Source: an uncultured Holophaga sp. (GTDB taxonomy: Bacteria; Acidobacteriota; Holophagae; Holophagales; Holophagaceae). From it: a DNA stretch of 64,000 nt. The position numbers and the translations under genes are program-made. This document shows, one piece after another, positions 30,873-40,318 of the stretch. Each line of letters opens with the position of its first letter. Position 1 is the first letter of the stretch. The notes under the pieces were generated by a model. That model saw only the letters and a program-made list of their open reading frames with translations. It searched no databases and had not been told where the DNA came from. The stretch covers positions 2,688,001 to 2,752,000 of the forward strand of contig OY761614.1 of the NCBI GenBank assembly GCA_963664825.1, written 5' to 3'.

Positions 30873-30900
30873 GCTAGGGCGTGTATGGGACACTGGGGAG

Positions 30901-31824
30901 GTGAGACTCCAGGAATCCGATATCATCCAGCGCATCCGGGCCACCTTTCCCGGCGGGGAGGCTCTCACCGACGATTGCGGCGCACTGCCCCAGGTTCCAC
31001 CGGATTGCAGGCTGCTTGTCACGACCGATCTCATGGAAGCCGGCCAGCATTTTCGGTTGGACTGGCATCCGCCGGCCATGCTGGCCCGCAAGCTCCTCGC
31101 GGTCAATCTCTCGGATCTGGACGCCAGCGGGGCCGTGCCCCTGGGCTTCACGCTGACGCTGGCTCTCGGCACCGATCTCGATCCGGCCTGGCTGGGGGCA
31201 TTCCTGGATGGATTGGCGGAGGCGGCGAGATCCTGGAAGGTGCCCGTCATCGGCGGGGATACCGTGGGCCGTTCCTCGGGACTCGGCCTGGGCATCACGG
31301 CCTTCGGTGCGGCCCGGCGCTGGTTGCAGCGTTCGGAACTGCGTGCCGGGGATGGAATCTACGTGGATCAGGAACTGGGGAGGAGCCTGCGCGGACTCCG
31401 GAAGCTGCAGGAGGGACGGCGCTGGGTTCCCCTCCACCCCGATCCCGATCTGGCGGCCCATCTGGACCCGAGGCCGAATCTGGGCCTGGGGCCGCGCCTG
31501 GCCGAAATCCCCGAGGTGCATGCCTGCATCGATCTCTCGGATGGTCTCAGCAAGGACCTGCGTATGCTGGCCGAGGCTTCCAGCTTGAGCATCCTGCTGG
31601 CCCCTGGACTGGGGTCCGAACAAATATTTGGCGGCGAGGACTATGCCCGTTGTTTCTCCAGCAGCCTGGCTCAGGAAGATCTGGAGGCACGCCTGGGCCT
31701 GCGGTTCTCCCGGGTGGGGGAAGCCGTCCCGCGGAGGGAAGCGCCGCTCCTCATCTATGATGAAGGTGAGCTGCGTCCCCTTCCGGACCAGAGCTTCGAC
31801 CACTTCGCCCCAAGGACCCAATGA
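30901..31824 (+). CDS. thiL: Thiamine-monophosphate kinase
   Basis: DDC, AVNLSDL, GGDT, IDLSDGL, GGEDY. Confidence 0.93.
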   Translation: MRLQESDIIQRIRATFPGGEALTDDCGALPQVPPDCRLLVTTDLMEAGQHFRLDWHPPAMLARKLLAVNLSDLDASGAVPLGFTLTLALGTDLDPAWLGAFLDGLAEAARSWKVPVIGGDTVGRSSGLGLGITAFGAARRWLQRSELRAGDGIYVDQELGRSLRGLRKLQEGRRWVPLHPDPDLAAHLDPRPNLGLGPRLAEIPEVHACIDLSDGLSKDLRMLAEASSLSILLAPGLGSEQIFGGEDYARCFSSSLAQEDLEARLGLRFSRVGEAVPRREAPLLIYDEGELRPLPDQSFDHFAPRTQ

Positions 31825-32387
31825 CAGAGCTGACCGAAAATTCCGCCCCAGGCCCAGAACCCAAGCAGAGCCTCTGGGGCCGGTGCAAGCTCCACATCCT
31901 CCATCCCGAACTCACACCCCAGCAGGTGGCCCTCAGCTTCGGCATCGGGTTTGCCATCTGTTGGAATCCGCTGGTGGGCATCCACACCGTCCTGATCTTG
32001 GCCCTCTGCCTTCTGTTTCGGAGGCTCCACCGGCCCCTGATGCTGATTGCGGCCTTCCTGAACAATCCCTGGACCATGGTGCCCATCGCTACCCTCAGCA
32101 CCTATTGCGGGAATCTGCTCCTGGGGCGCGGCTTCAAACTCGATCTCTCGGGGATTCACTGGCGAGAGATCGGATGGCGCAGTTTCGCCAGCCGGGAAGG
32201 CTTCGAGGTCATGTACCGCATGGTGAAGCCCATCCTCGTGCCCTACCTAGTGGGGGGCGCCGTGCTCTGCTTTCTCGCGCTGCCCATCGGATACTGCGTC
32301 GCCCTGGCCCTCACCCGCCGTCTGCGCCGCCGCCACCTGCACGGACTCTCCCTCCATCCGGGGGGACCCAAACCCGAGGGGCTGTGA
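31821..32387 (+). CDS. DUF2062 membrane protein
   Basis: TPQQVALSFGIG, NNPWT motifs. Confidence 0.8.
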   Translation: MTELTENSAPGPEPKQSLWGRCKLHILHPELTPQQVALSFGIGFAICWNPLVGIHTVLILALCLLFRRLHRPLMLIAAFLNNPWTMVPIATLSTYCGNLLLGRGFKLDLSGIHWREIGWRSFASREGFEVMYRMVKPILVPYLVGGAVLCFLALPIGYCVALALTRRLRRRHLHGLSLHPGGPKPEGL

Positions 32388-32461
32388 CAAAATCACCTGT
32401 GCTGTGCGGGGATTTTGCGAGGCTTCCTCCAGGATGTAATGATCACCCCTTAGGAGTCACC

Positions 32462-32764
32462 ATGGACATGCGTTTCCTGATGAAGCAGGCCCAGGCCATG
32501 CAGCAGAAGCTGCAGGACGCCCAGCAGAACCTGCGGGCCGAGGGCACGGCCGGCGGTGAGATGGTGAAGGTCACCCTCAATGGGGGCAAGGAGCTCGTCG
32601 CCATCTCCATCGCGAAGGAAGCCATGGATCCGGAGGATCCCAGTCTGCTGGAGGACCTGATCCTGGCCGCTTTCAAGGACGCCCAGAAGAAGGCCGAGGA
32701 CGCCATGGCTCAGGCCACGGGCGGCGTGACCGGCGGGCTCAATATCCCGGGCCTGAAGCTGTGA
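32462..32764 (+). CDS. YbaB/EbfC nucleoid-associated protein
   Basis: LMKQAQAMQ, AGGEMVKV, LEDLILAA; upstream of recR. Confidence 0.93.
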   Translation: MDMRFLMKQAQAMQQKLQDAQQNLRAEGTAGGEMVKVTLNGGKELVAISIAKEAMDPEDPSLLEDLILAAFKDAQKKAEDAMAQATGGVTGGLNIPGLKL

Positions 32765-32780
32765 GAAAGGCCTCGGCGCG

Positions 32781-33377
32781 ATGAGGCTCCCTGCGCCCCT
32801 GGAGGCCGTGGTCGACGCCCTCCAGAAACTCCCGGGGGTGGGTTCCAAGTCGGCCCAGCGGATGGCCCTCCATCTCCTCAAGGAGGGCCCCCAGGCCATG
32901 GAGCACCTGGGCGAACTGCTGAACCAGGCTTCCCGCAAGGTGGGCTTCTGCCAGGTCTGCGGGTCCTTCACGGATCGGCCCATCTGTTCGGTCTGCGAGG
33001 ATCCCCAGCGGGATGCCCGGGTGCTGGTGGTGGTGGCCGAGGCCAGCAATGTGCTGACCTTCGAGCGCAGCGGCCACTACCGCGGCCGCTACCACGTGTT
33101 GGGGGGATTGATATCGCCTTTGCGGGGCGTGGGTCCCGATCAGCTCAAGATCCGCGAATTGCTCAAGCGCCTGGAGGACGGCCATGTCGGCGAGATCGTC
33201 CTGGCCACCAATCCCACCCTCGACGGCGAGGCCACCGCCAGCTGGCTGGCGCGGATCCTCGAGCCCCTGGGCCTGAAGATCACGCGCATCGGGCTGGGAC
33301 TCCCCATCGGTTCTGATTTGGAATACGCCGATGACCTCACCCTGGACCGGGCCCTGGAGGGGCGTCGGCCGCTGTAG
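32781..33377 (+). CDS. recR: Recombination mediator RecR
   Basis: LPGVGSKSAQR, C4 zinc finger, YHVLGG, ATNPTLDGEAT. Confidence 0.97.
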   Translation: MRLPAPLEAVVDALQKLPGVGSKSAQRMALHLLKEGPQAMEHLGELLNQASRKVGFCQVCGSFTDRPICSVCEDPQRDARVLVVVAEASNVLTFERSGHYRGRYHVLGGLISPLRGVGPDQLKIRELLKRLEDGHVGEIVLATNPTLDGEATASWLARILEPLGLKITRIGLGLPIGSDLEYADDLTLDRALEGRRPL

Positions 33378-33387
33378 GCTCGTTGCA

Positions 33388-34290
33388 TCAGCCGAACATG
33401 ACTTGGTTGCCGCCCCGCTGCTGGGCCTTGGCGAGGAATGTTGTGGCGTTTTCCGTAAGGTCCTTGAGCAGATCGGTCCGGCCAGGCACCAGGCTGGCCA
33501 CCCCGATGCTCAAGGTGACGAAGGGGGCCGTCTCCGAATGGCCGTGGGGAATGGCCATGGAATTGAGCTCGGCTCGGATTCGTTCGCCCACGGAAACGGC
33601 GCCCACGTTATCGGTCTCGGGCAGCAGGCAGGCAAAGACATGTTCGCCGTAGCGGCCCAGCACGTCGCCGGCTCGCTGGATGCCGTCCGTGAGGGCCCCG
33701 ATCAGGCGGCGGAGGGTCTCGTCTCCGGCGGCCTTGCCATGCAGTTCACAGAATGCGTCGAAGTGATCGACCTCCATCAGTAGCAGGGCGATGGGCGTGT
33801 GGTTGCGGGCATTCCGCCGCCACTCGGAGCCCAGGGCCCCGTCGAAGCGTTCGCGGGTGGGGATGCCCGTGACGGCGTCCAGCCACGTGAGGCGCTGGAG
33901 AATCTCCCGGAAGCGACGATTCTCTAGATGGGCCTTCATCCGCGCCTTGGCGGAAGAAGCGCGGATGGGCCGGGGCAGGAAATCTACAGCCCCCTGCAAG
34001 AGGCCCTTGGCTTCCACCGTCTCCTCCTCGGGCGTGCCCACCAGGATGACGGGCAGGCCCTCCGTGCGGGGGTTCACCTTGAGTCGGGCACAGGCCTCGA
34101 AGCCGTCCATGCCCGGCATCTGGGCATCCAGGAGCACCAAGTCCACATCTTCGGTCTCGGCGAGCCGGAGGGCTTCGGGGCCGCTCCCCGCCGGGATGAT
34201 TTCGTATTCGTCCTCCAGGAGTTTCCCAAGGGCCAGCAGGTCGGCGGCAATATCATCCACGATCAGGATGCGAGGCTTCTGGACGCTCAT
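33388..34290 (-). CDS. Response regulator with a degenerate GGDEF domain
   Basis: REC (ILIVDD, LLDAQMPGMDG); RAGD I-site, RYGEHVF in place of GGEEF. Confidence 0.88.
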   Translation of the reverse strand: MSVQKPRILIVDDIAADLLALGKLLEDEYEIIPAGSGPEALRLAETEDVDLVLLDAQMPGMDGFEACARLKVNPRTEGLPVILVGTPEEETVEAKGLLQGAVDFLPRPIRASSAKARMKAHLENRRFREILQRLTWLDAVTGIPTRERFDGALGSEWRRNARNHTPIALLLMEVDHFDAFCELHGKAAGDETLRRLIGALTDGIQRAGDVLGRYGEHVFACLLPETDNVGAVSVGERIRAELNSMAIPHGHSETAPFVTLSIGVASLVPGRTDLLKDLTENATTFLAKAQQRGGNQVMFG

Positions 34291-34383
34291 GGTTTCTCCT
34301 ATCTTCCCCGGAACGGTGCATGCGATCGGGGGGCTCAACGATTGTTCGGCTCGATGTCATCCGGGGATGAATGATGGACGTTT

Positions 34384-35184
34384 TCATTCCTGGGCGCTGG
34401 GTTCACCCCAGGGGCTGGGCTCCCCGATGCCCCAGCGGGATTGGTACCAGACCTTCTCGAGGCATAGCCCGTGAGGCGGCGCCGTGAACCCCGCTTGCGA
34501 ACGGTCCCGGGCCGCCAGGATGTCGGGCAGGGCCTCGGCTGGAATGCGCCCCTTGCCGATATCGACCAGGGTCCCGGCCATGATGCGGACCTGGTGCATG
34601 AGGAAGCGATTGCCCTCGAAGACCAGATCCACGGCGGTTCCGTGCGCCTCCACATCGATCCTGTAGATATGGCGGATGGGGCTTTTCGCGGCGCATTCCT
34701 GGTGACGGAAACTGGAGAAGTCGTGTTCTCCGAGGAGGGCCTGGGCCGCCCTGGCCATGAGGCCGAGATCCAGGGGGGTCCTGCCGAAGACATGCCAGCG
34801 GCGATCCCGTTCGAAGGGATCCTCCGCGGGCCCTTCGTCCAGGCCATAGACATAGCGTTTGGCGAGCGCGTGGTGGCGGGGCCAGAAGGCTTCGTCCACG
34901 GGAAAGGCCGCCATCACGCGCACATCCGCAGGCAGATGCGCGTTGAGCGCGGCCAGCAGGCGATAGGGCTCCCAGGATCGGGTCAGGCGGATCAGCACGC
35001 CCTGGGCCTTGGCATGCACGCCAGCATCCGTCCGGCCCGTGCCCTGGGGCATGGGGGCGGGGGGATCGAAGGCCTGTAGCGCCTTCCAGAGCTCCGCCTG
35101 GACGCTGCGGGCGGAAGTCTGGATCTGCCAGCCATGGAAATCGGTGCCGATATAGGCCAGTCGAAGGAAGAAGGGGAAGGGCAT
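34384..35184 (-). CDS. truA: tRNA pseudouridine(38-40) synthase
   Basis: FHGWQ, GRTDAGVHA, GEHDFSSF, FLMHQVRIM; start ATG 35184. Confidence 0.96.
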   Translation of the reverse strand: MPFPFFLRLAYIGTDFHGWQIQTSARSVQAELWKALQAFDPPAPMPQGTGRTDAGVHAKAQGVLIRLTRSWEPYRLLAALNAHLPADVRVMAAFPVDEAFWPRHHALAKRYVYGLDEGPAEDPFERDRRWHVFGRTPLDLGLMARAAQALLGEHDFSSFRHQECAAKSPIRHIYRIDVEAHGTAVDLVFEGNRFLMHQVRIMAGTLVDIGKGRIPAEALPDILAARDRSQAGFTAPPHGLCLEKVWYQSRWGIGEPSPWGEPSAQE

Positions 35185-35397
35185 GGCTCCAGTGTAGGGC
35201 TTTCGGATGGGGGTGGAGGGGCTCCGATCCCCCGGGATGGGGCCTTGGGCTCTCCTCTCGGGGCGTGGGGGGGCGTTGTGGCTTAATATTCTGCTTTTCA
35301 ATGGCTTACGATGCCCTGGTGGGGGGCGTTTGGGGGGCTTATGAGGGTATGAACCCGCCAATACCGGGACTTCGAAAAAAAAAATATCCTGAAACCC

Positions 35398-35426
35398 TTG
35401 ACGACACTACTTCCCAGACCTAACCT
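35398..35426 (+). promoter_or_regulatory. sigma70 promoter of hup with an upstream A-tract
   Basis: TTGACG-N17-TAACCT, poly-A UP-like tract. Confidence 0.6.
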
Positions 35427-35568
35427 GCTGAGAGTTAAGTTCCCACCCAGTATTCACGGGGATTTCAAGAGTCCTCACTCTTGAAAATCAACAGCAGCGG
35501 ATGTCTCGAAAGAGCGTCCATCCTATTTCCACTACCCTGGGACTTAGTTCCCAAATTCGGAGGTTTCA

Positions 35569-35865
35569 ATGAACAAGGCCGAACTGATCGCCGCCATCGC
35601 TGAGAAGGCTGACATCAACAAGTCCAAGTCTGCGGCTGCCCTGGACACCATGATCTCTTCCATCGGCGGCGCCCTTCGCGCTGGCGACAAGGTGACCCTG
35701 GTTGGCTTTGGCACCTTCTCCGTCGTGGCTCGTGGCCCCCGCACGGGTCGCAATCCCCGGGATGGCCAGAAGATTAAGATCGCTGCCAAGAAGGTTGCGA
35801 AGTTCAAGCCCGGCAAGAAGCTGGCTGACGACGTCAACGGCAAGGGCGCCAAGAAGAAGAAGTAG
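35569..35865 (+). CDS. hup: HU DNA-binding protein
   Basis: MNKAELI, VGFGTF, RTGRNP. Confidence 0.97.
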   Translation: MNKAELIAAIAEKADINKSKSAAALDTMISSIGGALRAGDKVTLVGFGTFSVVARGPRTGRNPRDGQKIKIAAKKVAKFKPGKKLADDVNGKGAKKKK

Positions 35866-35884
35866 GTTTTTTCAAGCGTGATGG

Positions 35885-35915
35885 AAAGCGGCCCGCAGAT
35901 GCGGGCCGCTTTTTT
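35885..35915 (+). terminator. Rho-independent terminator
   Basis: AAAGCGGCCCGCA-ga-TGCGGGCCGCTTTTTT. Confidence 0.9.
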
Positions 35916-36103
35916 AACTGAGTTATCCGATCCGGTCCGCCATATCTGAGATTACCGGTCTGCACTGAGGTTGGCCGCAAAGGCATCTCCTAAACCCTTG
36001 CCCGCCTCCAAGGGGGTCGAAATTCATTCTCCTGCCCTCGAAGTCGATGTGGATCCCGTGGGACTTTCGGCGAGAATGGCTAGGGTATGGCGAAGGAGTC
36101 GGC

Positions 36104-36658
36104 ATGAAGAAGAAGCTCATGATGGGAGGGATTGGCCTGCTGCTGCTGGCGGTCCTGGGGCTGGGGGGCAAGTTCCTCTTTAAGAAATTCTTCGCGAAAC
36201 CGGCGGTCCAGGTCGATCCCAAGCTCGATGAAGCCGCCCAGGCCGCCAAGGATGAAGAGGATGAACCGGCCGGGGAGGGCGGGGAAGGAGCGGCTGGACC
36301 CGCCGTCATGGTCTATCCGAAGATCGTCAACCTGGATCGCAAGAACGCCTACCTCAAGGTGGAACTGCACATCATCTTCCGGGACCCGGAACTCGGGAAG
36401 GCGGCCACCAGCGAAAAACCCACTCCGGAGGCCAGCGAGATCCGCGCGATCCTGCTGGAAATGCTCTCGGGCAAGACGCTGGAGGAGGCTTCGGATCTGG
36501 AAACCCGCGAACTGGTTCGTCAGGCGATCAAGGATAAGCTCAACGAGAAGTTCGCCCCCAAGCCTCCCAAACCCGGCGAGAAGGAAGACCCCAAACACAA
36601 GAAACCCAGGAAGCCCATCAAGGATGTCCTGGTGGTGGATTGGGCCATCTCGGCCTGA
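36104..36658 (+). CDS. fliL: FliL-family protein
   Basis: N-terminal TM, IVNL...YLKV, IR..L..LSGKT; next to fliN. Confidence 0.75.
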   Translation: MKKKLMMGGIGLLLLAVLGLGGKFLFKKFFAKPAVQVDPKLDEAAQAAKDEEDEPAGEGGEGAAGPAVMVYPKIVNLDRKNAYLKVELHIIFRDPELGKAATSEKPTPEASEIRAILLEMLSGKTLEEASDLETRELVRQAIKDKLNEKFAPKPPKPGEKEDPKHKKPRKPIKDVLVVDWAISA

Positions 36659-36747
36659 AGGCTGTCCCCGTGGCACGGGCGTTGCTTCTTTCGCTCCCTG
36701 CGGTCCATCCCATGACCCTCGGCATCATCCATTAGAGGACTCCCCTC

Positions 36748-37056
36748 TTGGCCAACAAGCGCATCGACAAGCCCGACACGGATCGCGTTCTCAGTTTCGA
36801 GAGCGTGATCGCCGAGCTCATGCCTTTCATCGACACGCCCTTCGCCCTGGAAATCCAGCTCGGCAAGGCCCGGATGTCCATCCGGGATCTCCTGGAACTG
36901 GATCTGGGCAGCATCGTGGAACTCAAGAAGAGCGCCGGTGAACCCATGGATGTGCTGAGCAAGGGCCGAGTGCTCATGCGGGGGGAAGTGACGGTGCTGG
37001 AGGATTCCCTGGGCCTTCGCATCGTGGAGATCGTCGATCCCAGCCGGAAGGTATGA
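36748..37056 (+). CDS. fliN: FliM/FliN-family switch protein
   Basis: LG..MSIRDLLEL..GSIVELKKSAGEPMD, GEV, GLRI. Confidence 0.88.
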   Translation: MANKRIDKPDTDRVLSFESVIAELMPFIDTPFALEIQLGKARMSIRDLLELDLGSIVELKKSAGEPMDVLSKGRVLMRGEVTVLEDSLGLRIVEIVDPSRKV

Positions 37057-37087
37057 GTCCCGGCTCGGCTGTGGCAACCTAGTCGGG

Positions 37088-37900
37088 ATGCTCGTCGACT
37101 CCGATTCCACCCCCCAGGTTCCAGTGGCCCTCTGTCTCGGGGGCATGGATCCCTCTGCGGGAGCCGGCCTGCTGCGGGATGCCCTCACCCTTTCTCGCCT
37201 GGGCGTCCATCCCATGGTCGTGAGTACGGCCGAGACGATCCAGAATGGCGTCGCCTGCCTGGAGATCACGGGGCCTACTCTGAATCCGGTCCTCCGTTTG
37301 GAATCCCTCCGGCCCCATCTGCGGGGCCTCTGGGGAGTCAAACTGGGCCTCAGTGCCCTGGAGATGCCTGTCCTGGGAGAGTTGATGACACGGTTGGACG
37401 AGCTCGATCCCCGCTACCGCATCTGGGATCCCATCCAGGCACCCACCTCCGGGGTCGGCCTCCATGACGGCGAGGCCTTGCGGCGCATGGCGCGAGCCGT
37501 CCTGAAGGGGGGGCATTGGGTGGTGAGTCCGAACCGAATGGAGGCCGCTTCCTTCGGGGGGCTGGCGCCGGAGGCTACCCCGGGCGCCTTGGCCGAGGCC
37601 TTCCTGGAGGCGGGGGCCCGGGCCGTCTGGCTCAAGGGAGGCCATTCCCAGGGGGACCTGGTCGAGGATTTCTGGGTCGATGCCCAGGGGGCCCGTGGCC
37701 TGGGTGCCCATCGGCGCCTGCCGGGCGAGCGGCGGGGTACGGGTTGCACGGTGGCCTCGGCCTGGCTCGGCTTCCGCCTGGGGGGCCTGGAGGACATGGC
37801 CGCCGCCCAGCGGGCCTCGGCCTGGCTCCGGGAACACTGGGATCGGGCCTTCACGCCTGGGGGCAGCGGTCGCCCCCTCTTCGCGCCGGAGCAGGCATGA
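37088..37900 (+). CDS. thiD: HMP/HMP-P kinase (ThiD-like)
   Basis: GMDPSAGAG, LKGGH, GTGCT. Confidence 0.85.
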   Translation: MLVDSDSTPQVPVALCLGGMDPSAGAGLLRDALTLSRLGVHPMVVSTAETIQNGVACLEITGPTLNPVLRLESLRPHLRGLWGVKLGLSALEMPVLGELMTRLDELDPRYRIWDPIQAPTSGVGLHDGEALRRMARAVLKGGHWVVSPNRMEAASFGGLAPEATPGALAEAFLEAGARAVWLKGGHSQGDLVEDFWVDAQGARGLGAHRRLPGERRGTGCTVASAWLGFRLGGLEDMAAAQRASAWLREHWDRAFTPGGSGRPLFAPEQA

Positions 37901-39084
37901 GAATCCACGAGGGGCGAGGCTTCCTGCTGCGCACGGGTCAGGACGGGCCCCTCAAGGGCTGGCTCTCCCTGCGCCGCCTGGACGCCTGTGTCTCCGTGCG
38001 GGAGGCCCCCTGGATGGCGTTGCAGGCCCTGGCGTGTGCCGCCTGCGCCTTCCCGGGAGGGCTGGCCCTCCTGTGGGACGCGCCCTTCGCCTGGCTGGAC
38101 GGCCTTCCCCCCGAGAGCCGCCGCGCATTCTTCGGCGTGCTGGCCCTCATGCCGGGAATCGAAGTCCATCTGCGGGAGGAGGGTTTCGAGGAATGGCTCG
38201 ATAGGCCCATCCCGGGCTGGTTCCACGGGCCGAATGCTCCCACCGGGCGCCTGGGGCAACTCTGGCGCCAGGGCTGGTTCGGATGGGTGCCCGAGGGGAG
38301 ACCGGGCTGGTCCCTGCCGGGGCTGGGAGCGGCCAGTTCGGAGGAAGGGGAACCCCTTTCCGGAAGCCTCTGGGGCGAACTCGTGCTTCCCCTAGGAGCC
38401 CTGGGGGAGGTAGGCCTGGAGGAGGTCGCCACGCTGATGGCGGATGCGCAGGCACGGCTGGAATGGGATTTCAGCCTGCGGCTCTCCTCCGGCGCTTGGC
38501 CCGAGGCCTTTCCCTTCCAGCGCCGCAGGGCGGGTTGGCGCATCGCCCTCCTCGGGGGGAGGGAATTCGAATTGGGGAGTGGCGCCTGGGAGGTGGTCGC
38601 CGACCAGGTATCGGGCCTCTTGGAGGGCCTGAGAGGGGCCCTTCGTTGTCCGGTCTGGGCGGGGAGTTGCCATGATTCCGAACTGGCTTCCCGTCTCGGC
38701 CATCAGGCCATGGGCGAAGGGATGCCCTGGCGGGCCAGCCTGCCCATGCCGCCCCTGGCTCCGCTCTTTTCGCCGGGTTTTGGCACCGATCCCCGGGAGC
38801 CCTCCTCCCTGGAAGGCCGGGCCCGCTATCCGGCCCCTCTCGCAGGCCTCCTGGCCCATCCTCCTGCGGCCTATCTGCGGGTGCCCAGTGCGCCCCAGGA
38901 GGGGGCTGCCCTGGCCTTCCTCCGGGGCCTGGACGGGCCCCCGGCCATCCGCTGGATGCCTCCGGAGGTGCCGCCGCCGGGGCCCTTCAGCGCCGAACGC
39001 CCCTGGCCCCAGGCCAGTGCCTTTCCTCCCTTGATGGATGTAACCCAGGCCCTACAGCCGGGCCTCTTCGACGATCTGGAGTAG
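37897..39084 (+). CDS. Hypothetical protein
   Basis: ATGA overlap with thiD; operon position. Confidence 0.7.
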   Translation: MRIHEGRGFLLRTGQDGPLKGWLSLRRLDACVSVREAPWMALQALACAACAFPGGLALLWDAPFAWLDGLPPESRRAFFGVLALMPGIEVHLREEGFEEWLDRPIPGWFHGPNAPTGRLGQLWRQGWFGWVPEGRPGWSLPGLGAASSEEGEPLSGSLWGELVLPLGALGEVGLEEVATLMADAQARLEWDFSLRLSSGAWPEAFPFQRRRAGWRIALLGGREFELGSGAWEVVADQVSGLLEGLRGALRCPVWAGSCHDSELASRLGHQAMGEGMPWRASLPMPPLAPLFSPGFGTDPREPSSLEGRARYPAPLAGLLAHPPAAYLRVPSAPQEGAALAFLRGLDGPPAIRWMPPEVPPPGPFSAERPWPQASAFPPLMDVTQALQPGLFDDLE

Positions 39085-39086
39085 CC

Positions 39087-40274
39087 ATGGATATGGTGGA
39101 AGGTAAATTGGCCCAAGTGCCAGAGATCCTCAAGGAGACGGGCCTCGACGCCTGGCTCCTCTTCGCCCGGGAAACCCATACCCTCCACGATCCCTGCTTC
39201 GATCTGGTGGTGGGGGGGGACGTCACCTGGCAATCGGCCTTCCTGCTCACCAGGCAGGGGGACCGCATCGCCATCGTGGGTACCCTGGACCAAGCCGCCA
39301 TCGCGATGCGGGGCCACTACCGCGAATTGATCGGCTACGTGAGCGGCATCTCCGAAGAGCTCCGCAAGACCTTAACCCGCCTGGATCCCCGGCGTATCGC
39401 CATCAACTTCAGCCTCGACGACACCATGTCGGATGGCATGACCCATGGCATGTACCTGACCCTCATGAAGGCCCTGGAAGGCACGCCCTTTGGGGCTCGC
39501 CTGGAATCCAGCGATCGCGTGATCTCGGCCCTGCGGGGCCGCAAGTCCGCCCAGGAGCGCGAGCGCATCCGCGCTGCCTGCGTCGATACGGAGGCCATCT
39601 TCGAGCGCCTGACGCCGCGCCTTCACGCGGGCCTCACCGAGAAACAGGTGGCGGCCATGATTGGAGAGGAGATGGGCAAAGTGCCAGGCCTCAGCCTGGC
39701 CTGGGACCCGGATCACTGCCCGGCGGTCTTCACGGGACCCGAGAGCGCTGGCGCCCACGCGGGGCCCACGGACCGGGTCATCGAGCCGGGCCACATCATG
39801 AACGTGGATTTCGGCGTGAAGAAGGACGATTACTGCTCGGATCTCCAGCGCACCTGGTACTTCCTGCGCCCGGGTGAGATCGCCGCGCCATCCTCCGTGC
39901 AGCGGGGTTTCGAGACCATCGTGGAATCCATTCAGGCCGCGGCGGCCTTCCTGCGACCGGGGGTCACGGGCAGCGACGTGGATGCGGTGTCCCGGAACTA
40001 CATCACCGGGCGCGGCTACCAGGAATTCCCTCACGCCCTCGGGCACCAGGTGGGGCGCACGGCCCACGATGGCGCGGGCCTCCTCTGCCCCCACTGGGAG
40101 CGCTATGGGACCCTGCCGGACCTGCCTGTGGAGAAGGACCAGTGCTACACCCTGGAACCCCGCCTCACCGTGGAAGGCCACGGCATCGCCACCTGCGAGG
40201 AGATCGTGGCTGTCACCGAGGATGGCTGCGAGTGGCTCTCCAGGCCCCAGGGCCAGCTCTACTTGGTGGGCTAG
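39087..40274 (+). CDS. M24-family Xaa-Pro peptidase
   Basis: DFG, YCSDLQRT, HALGHQVG..HD, TLEP. Confidence 0.92.
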   Translation: MDMVEGKLAQVPEILKETGLDAWLLFARETHTLHDPCFDLVVGGDVTWQSAFLLTRQGDRIAIVGTLDQAAIAMRGHYRELIGYVSGISEELRKTLTRLDPRRIAINFSLDDTMSDGMTHGMYLTLMKALEGTPFGARLESSDRVISALRGRKSAQERERIRAACVDTEAIFERLTPRLHAGLTEKQVAAMIGEEMGKVPGLSLAWDPDHCPAVFTGPESAGAHAGPTDRVIEPGHIMNVDFGVKKDDYCSDLQRTWYFLRPGEIAAPSSVQRGFETIVESIQAAAAFLRPGVTGSDVDAVSRNYITGRGYQEFPHALGHQVGRTAHDGAGLLCPHWERYGTLPDLPVEKDQCYTLEPRLTVEGHGIATCEEIVAVTEDGCEWLSRPQGQLYLVG

Positions 40275-40318
40275 CCCAGGTCCTACCAGGTGCAGTCAAA
40301 AAGATGAAAGCTCGACAC

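Noticed and set aside
28635..37056. Flagellar/chemotaxis cluster (cheX, fliL, fliN)
   Set aside because: Genes are scattered among housekeeping genes; nothing supports a distinct system
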